Part shown: positions 10,601 through 19,465 of the stretch, one piece after another | How the letters are laid out: the number at the start of each line of letters is the position of its first letter | Position numbering within the stretch: position 1 is the first letter of the stretch | DNA from: Eubacteriales bacterium | GTDB taxonomy: Bacteria; Bacillota; Clostridia; Oscillospirales; CAG-272 | DNA: 41,804 bases | Direction of reading: 5' to 3' | Assembly: GCA_045649645.1 (NCBI GenBank) | Contig: JAZRQH010000049.1 | Coordinates: 1-41,804, forward strand | Made by a program: the position numbers and the translations under genes | The notes under the pieces: generated by a model | Database searches by the model: none | What the model was told of the DNA's origin: nothing | Seen by the model: the letters and a program-made list of their open reading frames with translations, nothing else

Positions 10601-11122
10601 AACCGAGGTGCCGATATAGGTAACGCCACCCACGCGTTTATGCAGTTCTGTGACTTTGCAAACGTCGAGAGAAACGGTGTCAAGGCTGAGCTTGAGCGTC
10701 TTTGTGAGCGAAAATTCTTACCCGCAGAAGCAAAGGAATTAGTCAATACCGACTCGGTAGAGGCATTCTTTGCATCCGAGCTCTACGCAGATATACGTGG
10801 GTCCGAAAAGCTCTACAGAGAAAAGAGATTCAACGTAAATCTTGCGGCATCCTACTTTACGGAGGAGATGCAACAGCTTTTAAAGGACGAATACGTCCTC
10901 GTACAGGGCGTTATAGACTGCTTCTATTATGACGCAAACGGTGATATAGTCCTCGTTGACTATAAGACCGATTCAGTCAAGGATGCCCAAACCTTGGCAG
11001 AGCGTCACTCAAGACAGCTCTATTATTATAAAAAAGCCCTTGAAGCCATAACCGGCAAAAGGGTAGTTAAATGCATAATTTATTCTTTTGCGCTTAAACG
11101 TGCAATAGAGTGTGAAGCATGA
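7661..11122 (+). CDS. addA: ATP-dependent helicase/nuclease subunit A (AddA/RexA)
   Basis: ASAGSGKT, VTFTNAAA, DEYQD, VGDIKQSIYGFRGA, TVHHSKGLE, YVALTR and GVID...VDYKT. ATG at 7661 follows GGAGG and overlaps the addB stop. Confidence 0.94.
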   Translation: MSNDIRWTPAQRMAIDASNCDLLVSASAGSGKTAVLVRRIIDRVTDDSYNGNILEMLVVTFTNAAAAQLKDKLNREIKKAIALDPKNKRLRRQLRDLPRASICTINSFCLDVVKTHFAKLGLSNTIRIADEAENKLLMTEVMEQTIEEFYLNGTEHGVKDFAAFCDNFAQLRDESLGEIFMSLYNKLYSRMEGLELLSDCAEKLSLSVTEPFMNPWGLELKRYTCDSLNAVKRGYSDALAIIESTDGLAQAYGPAFNDDIEIMDSTIAACDRGYEAVREILKSIKYTRLGSIRGKDCGYEAEQVKPTREFFKDVIKKLTPLFANDLETASYLCEKTSELNSDLYKLLSHFHKVFMAEKHKRGIVSFADCEALTLSLLCDKGEPTDTALEYRRRFKEIYIDEYQDVNSVQDAIFRMIAAPNTRFMVGDIKQSIYGFRGAEPALFGDYRERFADYTEDRGATDRGCRIFLSNNFRSSDKILTFANAVSRTCFEKGDSSIEYLDGDDLVYSKSEENTEPVTVALIAKNEEKTAEAVYVCDRIEELLSKGTAPSDIAIMLRSLSSSALPFTRELEKRGIPYYCDVKKEFFDNPEIMLALCWLNAIDNTRRDVFVCGIAKSPVYDFTLDELIRVRRNAPADTLFNSIKEYCATHDFEKGRRFIADLEALRRDARGMTAHQLLWKLIYEKGLMSIVTKDKNDGEAKVARNNLLLFYDYAKGFENGEFKGVYNFLIYIQKVIDAGQALPAAAAFAGSGNAVKIMTVHHSKGLEFPYCFLCSCDKNTSTQDMKEKLYFHQSFGIAAKIADPTGLILYDSYIMNAAKCRITRDNIDEEYRVLYVALTRGIRKLWITASAKDPEETYNKYTQASSLVSGTYMIHNHSYIAWILASLERCDRTAYDIELIGDVADSRKKTTEEEPSVSVSVDPEELKDNINYVYPYEAVNMIPAKMSVSRLYPDILDNLDGSMLSTVIKPKTPFFAEDIATNRGADIGNATHAFMQFCDFANVERNGVKAELERLCERKFLPAEAKELVNTDSVEAFFASELYADIRGSEKLYREKRFNVNLAASYFTEEMQQLLKDEYVLVQGVIDCFYYDANGDIVLVDYKTDSVKDAQTLAERHSRQLYYYKKALEAITGKRVVKCIIYSFALKRAIECEA

Positions 11123-11158
11123 TAACAAAAAATCCACCGAAAGGTGGATTTTTGTTAT
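11122..11158. terminator. Bidirectional intrinsic terminator
   Basis: AAAAAATCCACC-GAAA-GGTGGATTTTT between convergent addA and the dehydrogenase. Confidence 0.85.
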
Positions 11159-12102
11159 GATACTACGTTTTTAGGTGTTCCGTTAAGGAAGGAGCTTACG
11201 TTGTCGTCAACTATATCGAGGAGTCTTATTCTCGTTGACAGAGGTGCCCAGGCAACGTGAGGGGTCATTATGAGGTTGGGTACGGTGTCGTTCAGCACAC
11301 AGTCCTTGGTCTGAGGCTCGGTGGTGAGAACGTCGATACATGCGCCTGCGATCCTGCCCTCGCACAATGCTCTTACCAGTCCCTCCTCGTCGTTTACGCC
11401 GCCTCTTGCAGTGTTGACGTAGAGAGCCGTAGGCTTACAGAGACAGAAGCGCTCGTAGGTCATAAGCTTGGCTGTGCCCTCGTTCAGAGGGCAGTGAAGT
11501 GAAATGATATCCGACACAGCCATAAGCTCGTCAAGGGGCAGATATTCGGCGTCGTTATCTTTTATGGTTCTGGTATAAACAACGACCCTCATGCCGAAGG
11601 CTTTTGCTATCTCGGCAACCTTGCGTCCTATAGCGCCGTAGCCGATAATACCTATTGTTTTGCCCGCGATCTCGTCGGTAGGGAACACAAAGGGAGAGAA
11701 CATGGGTGACTTGCTCCAACCGCCTTCACGGACAAAGGTGTCAAATCTTCCCACTTTGCTGAAATGCTCCAGTATAAGAGCAAAGGTGTGCTGTGCCACA
11801 GCATCGGTAGAGTAGCTTCCCGCATTGCAGACGGTGATGCCGTGCTCACGGCAGTACGCCACGTCTATGTTGTTATAGCCTGTGGCAAAAAGGCAGATGA
11901 GCTTGAGATTCTTGGTCTGTTCAAGTACCTCACGGGTAAAAAGAGTCTTATTACAGATGGCTATGTCCGCATCCGATACACGCTCGGCTACCTCGCCCGG
12001 CAGGGTGTTATCGTACTTTATAAGCTCTCCGTATTTTGCAAAGATATCGATATCTACGTCACCCTGAGTGACGGTCATTGCGTCGGTTATTACTATTTTC
12101 AT
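11155..12102 (-). CDS. D-2-hydroxyacid dehydrogenase (glycerate dehydrogenase/hydroxypyruvate reductase-like)
   Basis: ATGYNNID, GYGAIG, NTARG, DVLTTEP and TPHVAW motifs. Confidence 0.9.
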   Translation of the reverse strand: MKIVITDAMTVTQGDVDIDIFAKYGELIKYDNTLPGEVAERVSDADIAICNKTLFTREVLEQTKNLKLICLFATGYNNIDVAYCREHGITVCNAGSYSTDAVAQHTFALILEHFSKVGRFDTFVREGGWSKSPMFSPFVFPTDEIAGKTIGIIGYGAIGRKVAEIAKAFGMRVVVYTRTIKDNDAEYLPLDELMAVSDIISLHCPLNEGTAKLMTYERFCLCKPTALYVNTARGGVNDEEGLVRALCEGRIAGACIDVLTTEPQTKDCVLNDTVPNLIMTPHVAWAPLSTRIRLLDIVDDNVSSFLNGTPKNVVS

Positions 12103-12129
12103 ATCGGTTCTCCTGTGTTTTATAGGTTA

Positions 12130-12193
12130 ATTGTATTATAAATTTCTCTTTTCGTCAATAACTATTGAAAAATTTAGTTAATTATGTTATTAT
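12130..12193. promoter_or_regulatory. Back-to-back sigma-A promoters (dehydrogenase on minus, lon operon on plus)
   Basis: Minus: TTGACG(12158-12153)-17-TACAAT. Plus: TTGAAA(12165)-17-TATTAT with TG. Confidence 0.6.
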
Positions 12194-12225
12194 AATATAA
12201 TAATATTATTCTATTGGAGATATCA

Positions 12226-14556
12226 ATGCCGCGTTATATAGAAAAACTTGAAATGATGAATATCACCTGTATCGTTGCACGTAACACCCTTGCATTTCCT
12301 TTTCTTCCTCTCAGCCTTGAGATAATAGGCGACGAGGACGTGGATGCATGCGAGGTCGCGTCGGATAATCAGGAATATATCTTTATACTTGCACAGAAGG
12401 ATCCTGCAATCGAAGAGGTAGAGGCAGCCGATCTTTACGAGGTGGGTACTGTATGCCGTATCAAGCAGTTTCTGAGACTGCCCGAGGGTAACGCCCGCCT
12501 TACCATAGAGGGTGTGTACCGCGCAAAGGTGCTTAACCTTGAAAAGCTCGAGGGCGTGTGGCGTGCCGAGGTCATGACCAAGGCTATCAACGTAAACGAA
12601 AATACCGCCAAGGCACAGGCTTTGCTCCGTGAGGTCAGCCTTCAGTTTGAGGAGTTCAAGAAGTACTCTCCCAAGCTTTCCGGTGAGATAATCGCCGCTG
12701 TCAACACCATCAAGGAGCCGGGACTTCTCTGCGACTTTATTGCCGCAAACGTACTGGTCGCCTTTTCGGACAAGCAGGCGATACTTGAGGTCTTTGACCC
12801 TATCAAGCGTCTTGAAAAGCTTGCGGTAATTATGGGCAGAGAGCTGAAGATCCTTTCAACCGAGCTCAATATACATAATAAGGTCCGTCAGCAGATAGAG
12901 GACAATCAGAGAGAATATTACCTACGCGAGCAGCTCAAGGTCATTCAGAATGAGCTGGGTGAGGGCGCAGGCGACAGCGAGATAGAGGAATACGATGAGA
13001 TGATATACAACGCTCATCTGCCTGAGGCTGTTGAAGCAAAGCTCTTAAAGGAGCTCAAAAAGCTTGCAAAGACCCCCTACGCATCCTCTGAGGCTGCGGT
13101 CATCCGCTCATATATAGAGACCTGTCTTGAGATACCCTGGTCTGTCACCACCGAGGACCGTGACGATATAGATAACGCCTCAAAGATACTTGAGGACGAC
13201 CACGACGGACTCAGTAAGGTCAAGGAAAGAATACTTGAGTTCCTTTCGGTAAAGAAGCTCAATCCCAAGTTGAACAATCAGATACTTTGTCTCGTAGGCC
13301 CTCCCGGTACCGGTAAGTCCTCTATATGCGAGTCTATCGCCCGTGCTCTTGAGCGTAAGTACGTAAGAGTCTGCCTTGGCGGTGTCCGTGACGAGGCTGA
13401 TATCAGAGGTCACAGAAGGACTTATATTGCATCTATGCCCGGACGTATAGTCAACGGACTCGTCCAGGCAGGAAGCCGTAATCCCCTTATGCTTCTCGAT
13501 GAGATAGACAAGCTCACCCGTGACTCCCACGGCGACCCCTCCTCGGCTCTGCTTGAGGTTCTTGATTCCGAGCAGAATCAGCATTTCCGCGACCACTTCG
13601 TAGAGATGCCTATAGACCTTTCCGACGTGCTGTTTATAGCGACGGCAAACAGTCTTGACACTATTCCCAGACCTCTGCTCGACCGTATGGAGATAATAGA
13701 GCTTGATATCTATAACAGATACCAGAAGCTTGATATAGCAAAGCATCACCTTATCCGTAAGCAGTTAAAGAAGCACGGACTTAACGGCAGACAGCTTCGT
13801 ATAACAGACGAGGCTCTCTTTGAGATAATAGACAGCTATACCCACGAGGCGGGGGTGCGTAACCTCAACCGTGAGATAGCCTCGGTATGCCGCAAGGCTG
13901 CCAAGCGTATCGTTACCGGTAAGTGTAAGAGCTGTACCGTGACCTTAAAGAACCTGCAAGAATATCTTGGCACAAAGAAGTTAAGTGACCGTAAGATAGC
14001 AGATGCCGATCAGGTAGGAATCGTAAACGGCCTTGCATATACTCAGCTTGGCGGTGACATACTCAAGATTGAGGTTGCCGCAATGAAGGGCACGGGCAAG
14101 CTTGAGCTTACCGGCTCTCTGGGTGACGTTATGAAGGAGTCGGCAAGAACAGCCGTTACCTGCATCAGACAGAGAAGCGAAGCTCTCGGTATAGACCCCG
14201 ATTTCTATAAGGACAAGGATATTCATATCCACGTGCCCGAGGGCGCAGTTCCCAAGGACGGTCCCTCCGCAGGCGTTACCATGGCGGTGGCTCTTGCAAG
14301 CGAGCTCTCCGGCAGAAGGGTAAGACGTGACGTTGCAATGACGGGTGAGATAACCCTCAGAGGTAACGTGCTTGCCATCGGCGGCTTAAAGGAAAAATCC
14401 ATGGCAGCTCTTAAGGCGGGAGTAAAGACGGTGCTTATCCCCCGTGAAAATCTCCGTGACCTTGAAGAGGTAGATAAAACAGTTAAAGAGGGAATAGAGT
14501 TCATCGCCCTCGATAATATAGACGATGCCCTGAAGGCGGCATTGACAGAGGAATAA
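12226..14556 (+). CDS. lon: ATP-dependent Lon protease
   Basis: GPPGTGKS, LLDEIDK, HIHVPEGAVPKDGPSAG (Ser) and GGLKEK (Lys). ATG at 12226 follows GGAG. Confidence 0.96.
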   Translation: MPRYIEKLEMMNITCIVARNTLAFPFLPLSLEIIGDEDVDACEVASDNQEYIFILAQKDPAIEEVEAADLYEVGTVCRIKQFLRLPEGNARLTIEGVYRAKVLNLEKLEGVWRAEVMTKAINVNENTAKAQALLREVSLQFEEFKKYSPKLSGEIIAAVNTIKEPGLLCDFIAANVLVAFSDKQAILEVFDPIKRLEKLAVIMGRELKILSTELNIHNKVRQQIEDNQREYYLREQLKVIQNELGEGAGDSEIEEYDEMIYNAHLPEAVEAKLLKELKKLAKTPYASSEAAVIRSYIETCLEIPWSVTTEDRDDIDNASKILEDDHDGLSKVKERILEFLSVKKLNPKLNNQILCLVGPPGTGKSSICESIARALERKYVRVCLGGVRDEADIRGHRRTYIASMPGRIVNGLVQAGSRNPLMLLDEIDKLTRDSHGDPSSALLEVLDSEQNQHFRDHFVEMPIDLSDVLFIATANSLDTIPRPLLDRMEIIELDIYNRYQKLDIAKHHLIRKQLKKHGLNGRQLRITDEALFEIIDSYTHEAGVRNLNREIASVCRKAAKRIVTGKCKSCTVTLKNLQEYLGTKKLSDRKIADADQVGIVNGLAYTQLGGDILKIEVAAMKGTGKLELTGSLGDVMKESARTAVTCIRQRSEALGIDPDFYKDKDIHIHVPEGAVPKDGPSAGVTMAVALASELSGRRVRRDVAMTGEITLRGNVLAIGGLKEKSMAALKAGVKTVLIPRENLRDLEEVDKTVKEGIEFIALDNIDDALKAALTEE

Positions 14557-14558
14557 TT

Positions 14559-15155
14559 ATGGCATTGAATTTACAGAACGTAAAGCTTGAGATGACCGCA
14601 GGTCTTAAAAGTCAGTTTCCCAAAAACGACCTGCCTCATCTTGTATTCTCGGGACGCTCAAACGTGGGCAAGAGCTCGCTTATAAACACACTTCTCGGCA
14701 GAAACAAGCTGGCAAGAGTGTCCTCCGCTCCCGGTAAGACAATTACTATAAACTTCTATAACGTTGACAACAAGTTCTACTTCGTTGACCTGCCCGGCTA
14801 CGGCTTTGCTAAGCGTCCTCCCAAGGAGAGAGCTATATGGCAGAAGCTTGTAAACGACTATATGGTGGAGGCAGGCGAAAGAAGTGCTCCTATGTTCGTT
14901 ATGCAGCTGGTCGATATGAAGGTGGGTACTACTGCTGACGACTGTATGATGCTTGATTGGCTCAATGAGACCGAGACCGACTATATGATAGTTGCTACAA
15001 AGTCTGATAAGCTCAACGCTACCCAGAAAAAGGCTCAGTACGAGGAGCTGACTAACCACGAGCTCATCCGTGAGGGCACCGAGATAATACCTTTTTCCGC
15101 CCTTAAGGGTGACGGCAAAAACGAGATCTGGAACGCTATCAACAAGATAGTTTAA
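14559..15155 (+). CDS. engB: Ribosome biogenesis GTPase EngB/YsxC
   Basis: GRSNVGKSS, PGKT, DLPGYG and TKSDK; conserved lon-ysxC order. Confidence 0.95.
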   Translation: MALNLQNVKLEMTAGLKSQFPKNDLPHLVFSGRSNVGKSSLINTLLGRNKLARVSSAPGKTITINFYNVDNKFYFVDLPGYGFAKRPPKERAIWQKLVNDYMVEAGERSAPMFVMQLVDMKVGTTADDCMMLDWLNETETDYMIVATKSDKLNATQKKAQYEELTNHELIREGTEIIPFSALKGDGKNEIWNAINKIV

Positions 15156-15165
15156 GGAAGGGTAA

Positions 15166-15840
15166 ATGTTAAGCTCACTTTTAAGAAACGGTTTTTCTGC
15201 CGATGCACTTATTATGGTGCTGTGCAGTATTCCGATAATCATACTTGCCCTTTGCGTACACGAGTCAGCTCACGGTATCGCAGCAAAGTGGATGGGCGAC
15301 CCGACGGCTTATAATTTGGGTCGTATAACTCTTAACCCGGCAAAGCACCTTGATCCCATAGGCGCGATACTGATGTTTGTGTTCGGATTTGGTTGGGCAA
15401 AGCCTGTTCCTATAAATACAAGATATTTCCGCAATCCCAAATGGGGCATGGCGATTTCAGCCTTTGCAGGGCCTATGTCAAACGTGCTATGCTCCTATCT
15501 GTTTTATATCATTGCGGCACTTATAGAGAGGTATGCAGTTCCCGGCAGTCAGCTGTCAGCAAATATTCTGACTGCACTTCTGATATTCTGCATAGTGGGC
15601 TATACCCTCAATCTTTCGCTTGCGGTATTCAATCTTATCCCTGTGCCGCCCCTTGACGGAAGCCGTATACTATTTGTGTTTCTTCCCGCAAAGGCATATT
15701 TTGCCGTGATGAAATATGAAAGATTTATCTATATGCGCGTGCTCGTGCTTGTTATGACGGGTATGCTGGATACTCCTCTTGCCCTTATTCGGCAGGGAAT
15801 TACAAATCTGTTTGAATTATCTATAGCTTGGATGGTATAG
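15166..15840 (+). CDS. Site-2 protease (M50) membrane zinc metalloprotease
   Basis: HESAH, GWAKPVP, AGP and FNLIPVPPLDG motifs. Confidence 0.9.
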   Translation: MLSSLLRNGFSADALIMVLCSIPIIILALCVHESAHGIAAKWMGDPTAYNLGRITLNPAKHLDPIGAILMFVFGFGWAKPVPINTRYFRNPKWGMAISAFAGPMSNVLCSYLFYIIAALIERYAVPGSQLSANILTALLIFCIVGYTLNLSLAVFNLIPVPPLDGSRILFVFLPAKAYFAVMKYERFIYMRVLVLVMTGMLDTPLALIRQGITNLFELSIAWMV

Positions 15841-15841
15841 A

Positions 15842-16594
15842 ATGTCAGAATCATTGAATTTTAAGCTTGAGATATTCGAAGGTCCTCTTGACCTTCTGTT
15901 ATCTCTTATATCTAAAAACAAGGTCGATATATACGATATCCCCATATCCCTTATTCTCGATCAGTACCTTGAGTACCTTGAACAGATGCGCAGGATGGAT
16001 ATGGAGGTGGCGGGTGAGTTTATAACCATGGCTTCTGAGCTTATGCTTATCAAGAGCCGTATGCTCCTGCCCAAGTCACCTCTCGAGGAGGACGTAGACC
16101 CCAGAGAACGTCTGGCTCAGGCACTTATTGAATATAAGCGTGCCAAGGAAGCCGCAGTGATGCTCAACGAAAATTATATGAAATATGCAGGTCGTATAGC
16201 CAAGCCTATGGACGAGGCGCCCTTCCAGGCTATCCCCGAGCTTGCAGATCAGGATGCCAAGCTCCTTGAGGAGGCTTTTGCAAGGCTTATGCATAGAGCA
16301 AAGCAGCTTAAGGAAACAATGCAGCCTCCCGAAAAGACCCTTGAAAACCTGCTGAAAAAGCGCGTTACCCCCGTTCCCGAGCGTATCGTGGGTATAATGA
16401 GATATCTGTACAAAAACGGAAGAACGAGCTTTGACGACCTTATGCTTCAGTCAAGGACACGCTCGGATATCATAGCATCCTTTGCGGCTCTGCTTGAGCT
16501 TCTCAAGGCAAGGCGAGTTATGATAGCAAAGGACGACGGTGACGAGATCGTATTAGAGCTTAATAAGAGAGGTAAGGACTCAAATGAGCAATAA
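15842..16594 (+). CDS. scpA: Segregation and condensation protein A
   Basis: FEGPLDLLLSLI, IKSRMLLP and FAALLELLK motifs. Confidence 0.94.
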   Translation: MSESLNFKLEIFEGPLDLLLSLISKNKVDIYDIPISLILDQYLEYLEQMRRMDMEVAGEFITMASELMLIKSRMLLPKSPLEEDVDPRERLAQALIEYKRAKEAAVMLNENYMKYAGRIAKPMDEAPFQAIPELADQDAKLLEEAFARLMHRAKQLKETMQPPEKTLENLLKKRVTPVPERIVGIMRYLYKNGRTSFDDLMLQSRTRSDIIASFAALLELLKARRVMIAKDDGDEIVLELNKRGKDSNEQ

Positions 16595-17159
16595 GAATGA
16601 AAATATACTTGAGATAGAGCGTACCATAGAGGCTCTGCTCTTTGCTACGGGCGATCCCATTACATACGAAAAGATAGGCTCGCTTCTGGAGCTTACTCCC
16701 GGTCAGGTAAAGAGCATTACCCTTGATATGAAGGAGAATTATACCGACAGAGGTATTCAGCTTCTTTGCTACGATACAGCCTGCCAGCTCTGTACCAAGG
16801 AAAAATATGAGGATGTGATCAAGGATTGCCTCGGTATCAAAAAGAACGGAGCCCTCTCCAAATCAAGCCTTGAGACCCTTGCGATCATTGCCTACAATCA
16901 GCCTGTAACGAGGGCCTACGTTGAGGAGGTCAGAGGCGTTGACTCCGCCTATGCCTTCGGTATTCTCTTACAGAGAGAGCTTATCGAGATCAAGGGAAGA
17001 CTTGACGTGCCCGGCAGACCTAACCTTTACGGCACGACAAAGGACTTTTTGAGGATATTCGGTCTTTCTTCGATAAACGAGCTTCCTAAGGTAGAGGTTC
17101 TTGCCCCTGCCGAGGATCAGGCACAGACAGAGCCTGCCGAGGAAAAAAACGAGGACTAA
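16584..17159 (+). CDS. scpB: Segregation and condensation protein B
   Basis: IEALLF, LETLAIIAYNQPVTR and PGRPNLYGTT..FL..FGL motifs. Confidence 0.95.
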   Translation: MSNKNENILEIERTIEALLFATGDPITYEKIGSLLELTPGQVKSITLDMKENYTDRGIQLLCYDTACQLCTKEKYEDVIKDCLGIKKNGALSKSSLETLAIIAYNQPVTRAYVEEVRGVDSAYAFGILLQRELIEIKGRLDVPGRPNLYGTTKDFLRIFGLSSINELPKVEVLAPAEDQAQTEPAEEKNED

Positions 17160-17205
17160 ACCTCTGTATATAAGACGATAATCTAAGGAAAGGGAGGCGG
17201 TATCT

Positions 17206-17820
17206 ACGGTTTGGTTATGGATAATTGCGGCAGTTGTTGCCCTGATACTGCTTGCACTTTTCAGTAACGTAAGGATATATATCGTATACGATAAGGAGCT
17301 TTACTCCTATTACCGTGTTTTCTGGCTGTACAAGGATCAGCTCTATCCCGAAAAGGGTCCCGAAAAATATATATCCGCAAAAAAGCTAAAGAGCAGAGGA
17401 AGGAAACTTCACAAAAAGAGGACCAAGCGTCTGACCGACAAAAAGGATACTATCGGTGAGGTGTTTACCGACGTTAAGGATATGGTCACCGAGCTTCTGG
17501 AACTAATATATATCATCTTAAAGAAATTTCTCGGAAAAGTGGATATCAAGGTGCGTAAGCTGGATATAACCGTATCCACCGAGGATGCGGCGGCAACCGC
17601 TCTTACTTATGCTCTGGTGTGCGACTCTCTCAATATTCTTGTAGATATGCTCAGAAACACCGACCGCATCAGCTGTAGCTTTAATAAACTTGAGTGCAGA
17701 TGCGACTACACCGAAACGCAGTTCAAGGCTGAGGTGGACGTTCTTATCAAGATAAGAATAATCCAGGTCATCCGCGTACTGTTTGATTCAATGATGGAAC
17801 AAATTAAAACGACTATATAG
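17206..17820 (+). CDS. YtfI/DUF2953-family membrane protein, apparent ACG start (204 aa; the track reports only 17461-17820)
   Basis: Frame is open from the TAA at 17179-17181. GGGAGG SD at 17192-17197 lies 8 nt before ACG, followed by VWLWIIAAVVALILLALF (TM), a basic linker and a DAAATAL motif. Located upstream of ytfJ. Confidence 0.75.
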   Translation, partial: TVWLWIIAAVVALILLALFSNVRIYIVYDKELYSYYRVFWLYKDQLYPEKGPEKYISAKKLKSRGRKLHKKRTKRLTDKKDTIGEVFTDVKDMVTELLELIYIILKKFLGKVDIKVRKLDITVSTEDAAATALTYALVCDSLNILVDMLRNTDRISCSFNKLECRCDYTETQFKAEVDVLIKIRIIQVIRVLFDSMMEQIKTTI

Positions 17821-17836
17821 ATCGGAGGAAAATAAA

Positions 17837-18286
17837 ATGGAAAACAAGATCAGCGACATTATCAGAACATCCCTTGAAAACGTCAAGGACGTCGTTGACA
17901 GCAATACCGTTATCGGTGAGGCTATCCCCACCACAAACGGTACTGTCATTATCCCTGTTTCCAAGGTTTCTATCGGTATCGCCACAGGCGGTCTCGATTA
18001 CAAGGGCAAGCGTGCGAAGGAACAGCCTGTCAAGACTAACAATTTCGGCGGTGCAGGCGGTACCGGTGTTACCGTTAAGCCTGTAGCGTTCCTTGTAGTT
18101 AAGCCTGACGGCGGTGTTGATCTGCTTAACGTAGACCATCCCACAGAGGGCTCGGGCGACGATACGGTTGAGCTCATCGCTTCCTTTATCCGTAAGTCTC
18201 CCGACCTTATTGCCAAGCTTAAGGCATTCTTCAAGAACGACCTTGGCTTTGCACCCAAGGGTGACGGAGAAAATTCGGCAGAATAA
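17837..18286 (+). CDS. ytfJ: Sporulation protein YtfJ/GerW
   Basis: NTVIGEAI, IIPVSKVSIG..GG and FGGAGGTGVTVKPVAFLVV motifs. Confidence 0.9.
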   Translation: MENKISDIIRTSLENVKDVVDSNTVIGEAIPTTNGTVIIPVSKVSIGIATGGLDYKGKRAKEQPVKTNNFGGAGGTGVTVKPVAFLVVKPDGGVDLLNVDHPTEGSGDDTVELIASFIRKSPDLIAKLKAFFKNDLGFAPKGDGENSAE

Positions 18287-18334
18287 GCGGACACGCCCCG
18301 TCATATAGTGTAGTAAAAACTGTATGCGGGGTGT
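18281..18334 (+). promoter_or_regulatory. Sigma-E promoter plus SD-sequestering hairpin for dacB
   Basis: GAATA-16-CATATAGT. A 16-bp stem (18293-18309 with 18319-18334) covers the SD GGGGTG. Confidence 0.65.
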
Positions 18335-18337
18335 ACT

Positions 18338-19465
18338 ATGAAGCTAAAAGCAATAATTTCTATAATACTGATCCTTTCTCTGACCTATTTTTGTGTGGGT
18401 GCATCGGGTGTCGATTACGGCAAAGCGATGGAAACGATTTCACTGTCGGGTACGTCAGCCGAGAGCTGTGTGCTCTACTGTCTTGACACAGACGAGGTGG
18501 TGTATGCCTCTGATGAGCATAAGCGGCTTCCCATGGCAAGCACGACCAAGATAATGACGGCGATAGTAGTACTGGAAAACGCGGACACAGAGGACGTTAT
18601 AACCGTCCACAAGGATGCCGTGGGTATCGAGGGCTCCTCTGCTTATCTTATGAAGGGGGAGAGGGTCAGCATCAAGGACCTGCTTTATGCTTTGATGCTT
18701 GAGAGCGCTAACGATGCGGCAACCGCTCTTGCGATAGCAGTTGGTGAGGACATAGAGAGCTTTGTTTCTTTGATGAACTCTAAGGCCTGCGAGATAGGTA
18801 TGAAGGATACAAGTTTTACCAATCCCCACGGCCTTGATGATGAGGCACACTATTCTACGGCATACGATATGGCTCTGCTGTGTGATTATGCAATGGACAA
18901 TGCTGATTTTGCGGATATTGTGTCAAGCTATAGATACGAGACCGACAGCCGTCTCTTTGTAAACCACAACAGGCTTCTTAAGACCTGCGAGGGTGTTATC
19001 GGCGGCAAGACAGGCTTTACCAAGCGCAGCGGCAGATGCCTTGTGTCGGTTGCAAGGCGTAACTCAGTTACCATGTGCGCTGTCACCTTAAACGACCCAA
19101 ACGACTGGAAGGATCATAAGGCGCTTTATGACGCAGGTTTTGACGGTTACCAGACGCTTAGCTTAAAGGGTGGGGAATACACTATTCCTGTTATAAACGG
19201 CAATCGTGATACGGTTACCGTTACTGCTCCCGATAGAGAGCTTGTATGCAAAAAGGAAAATGCAGACTCTGTCAGCGTAGCCGTTTGTCACGACAGATTT
19301 ATCTACTCACCCGTAAAAAAGGGGGAAACGGTAGGTTATCTCGTATATTCGGCAGACGGCGAGGAGATAGCGAGAACAGAGCTTAAAGCTGCAGAGGATA
19401 TATCTAAAATAAAAAAGAAGACTTTTATAGAAAAAATAATTTCAGGATTGATATGGAACAGATAA
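18338..19465 (+). CDS. dacB: D-alanyl-D-alanine carboxypeptidase (peptidase S11, DacB-type sporulation PBP)
   Basis: Signal peptide; PMASTTK (SxxK), SAN (SxN) and GKTG; scpAB...dacB...rluB synteny. Confidence 0.85.
   Translation: MKLKAIISIILILSLTYFCVGASGVDYGKAMETISLSGTSAESCVLYCLDTDEVVYASDEHKRLPMASTTKIMTAIVVLENADTEDVITVHKDAVGIEGSSAYLMKGERVSIKDLLYALMLESANDAATALAIAVGEDIESFVSLMNSKACEIGMKDTSFTNPHGLDDEAHYSTAYDMALLCDYAMDNADFADIVSSYRYETDSRLFVNHNRLLKTCEGVIGGKTGFTKRSGRCLVSVARRNSVTMCAVTLNDPNDWKDHKALYDAGFDGYQTLSLKGGEYTIPVINGNRDTVTVTAPDRELVCKKENADSVSVAVCHDRFIYSPVKKGETVGYLVYSADGEEIARTELKAAEDISKIKKKTFIEKIISGLIWNR

Noticed and set aside
12153-12170. Palindrome TCAATA-AC-TATTGA before lon as a heat-shock operator
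   Set aside because: Explained by two back-to-back -35 boxes; matches neither CIRCE nor CtsR direct repeats.
15733-15741. Arg codon within the last TM segment of the M50 protease
   Set aside because: A single residue that could be polymorphism or base-call error; catalytic motifs are intact.
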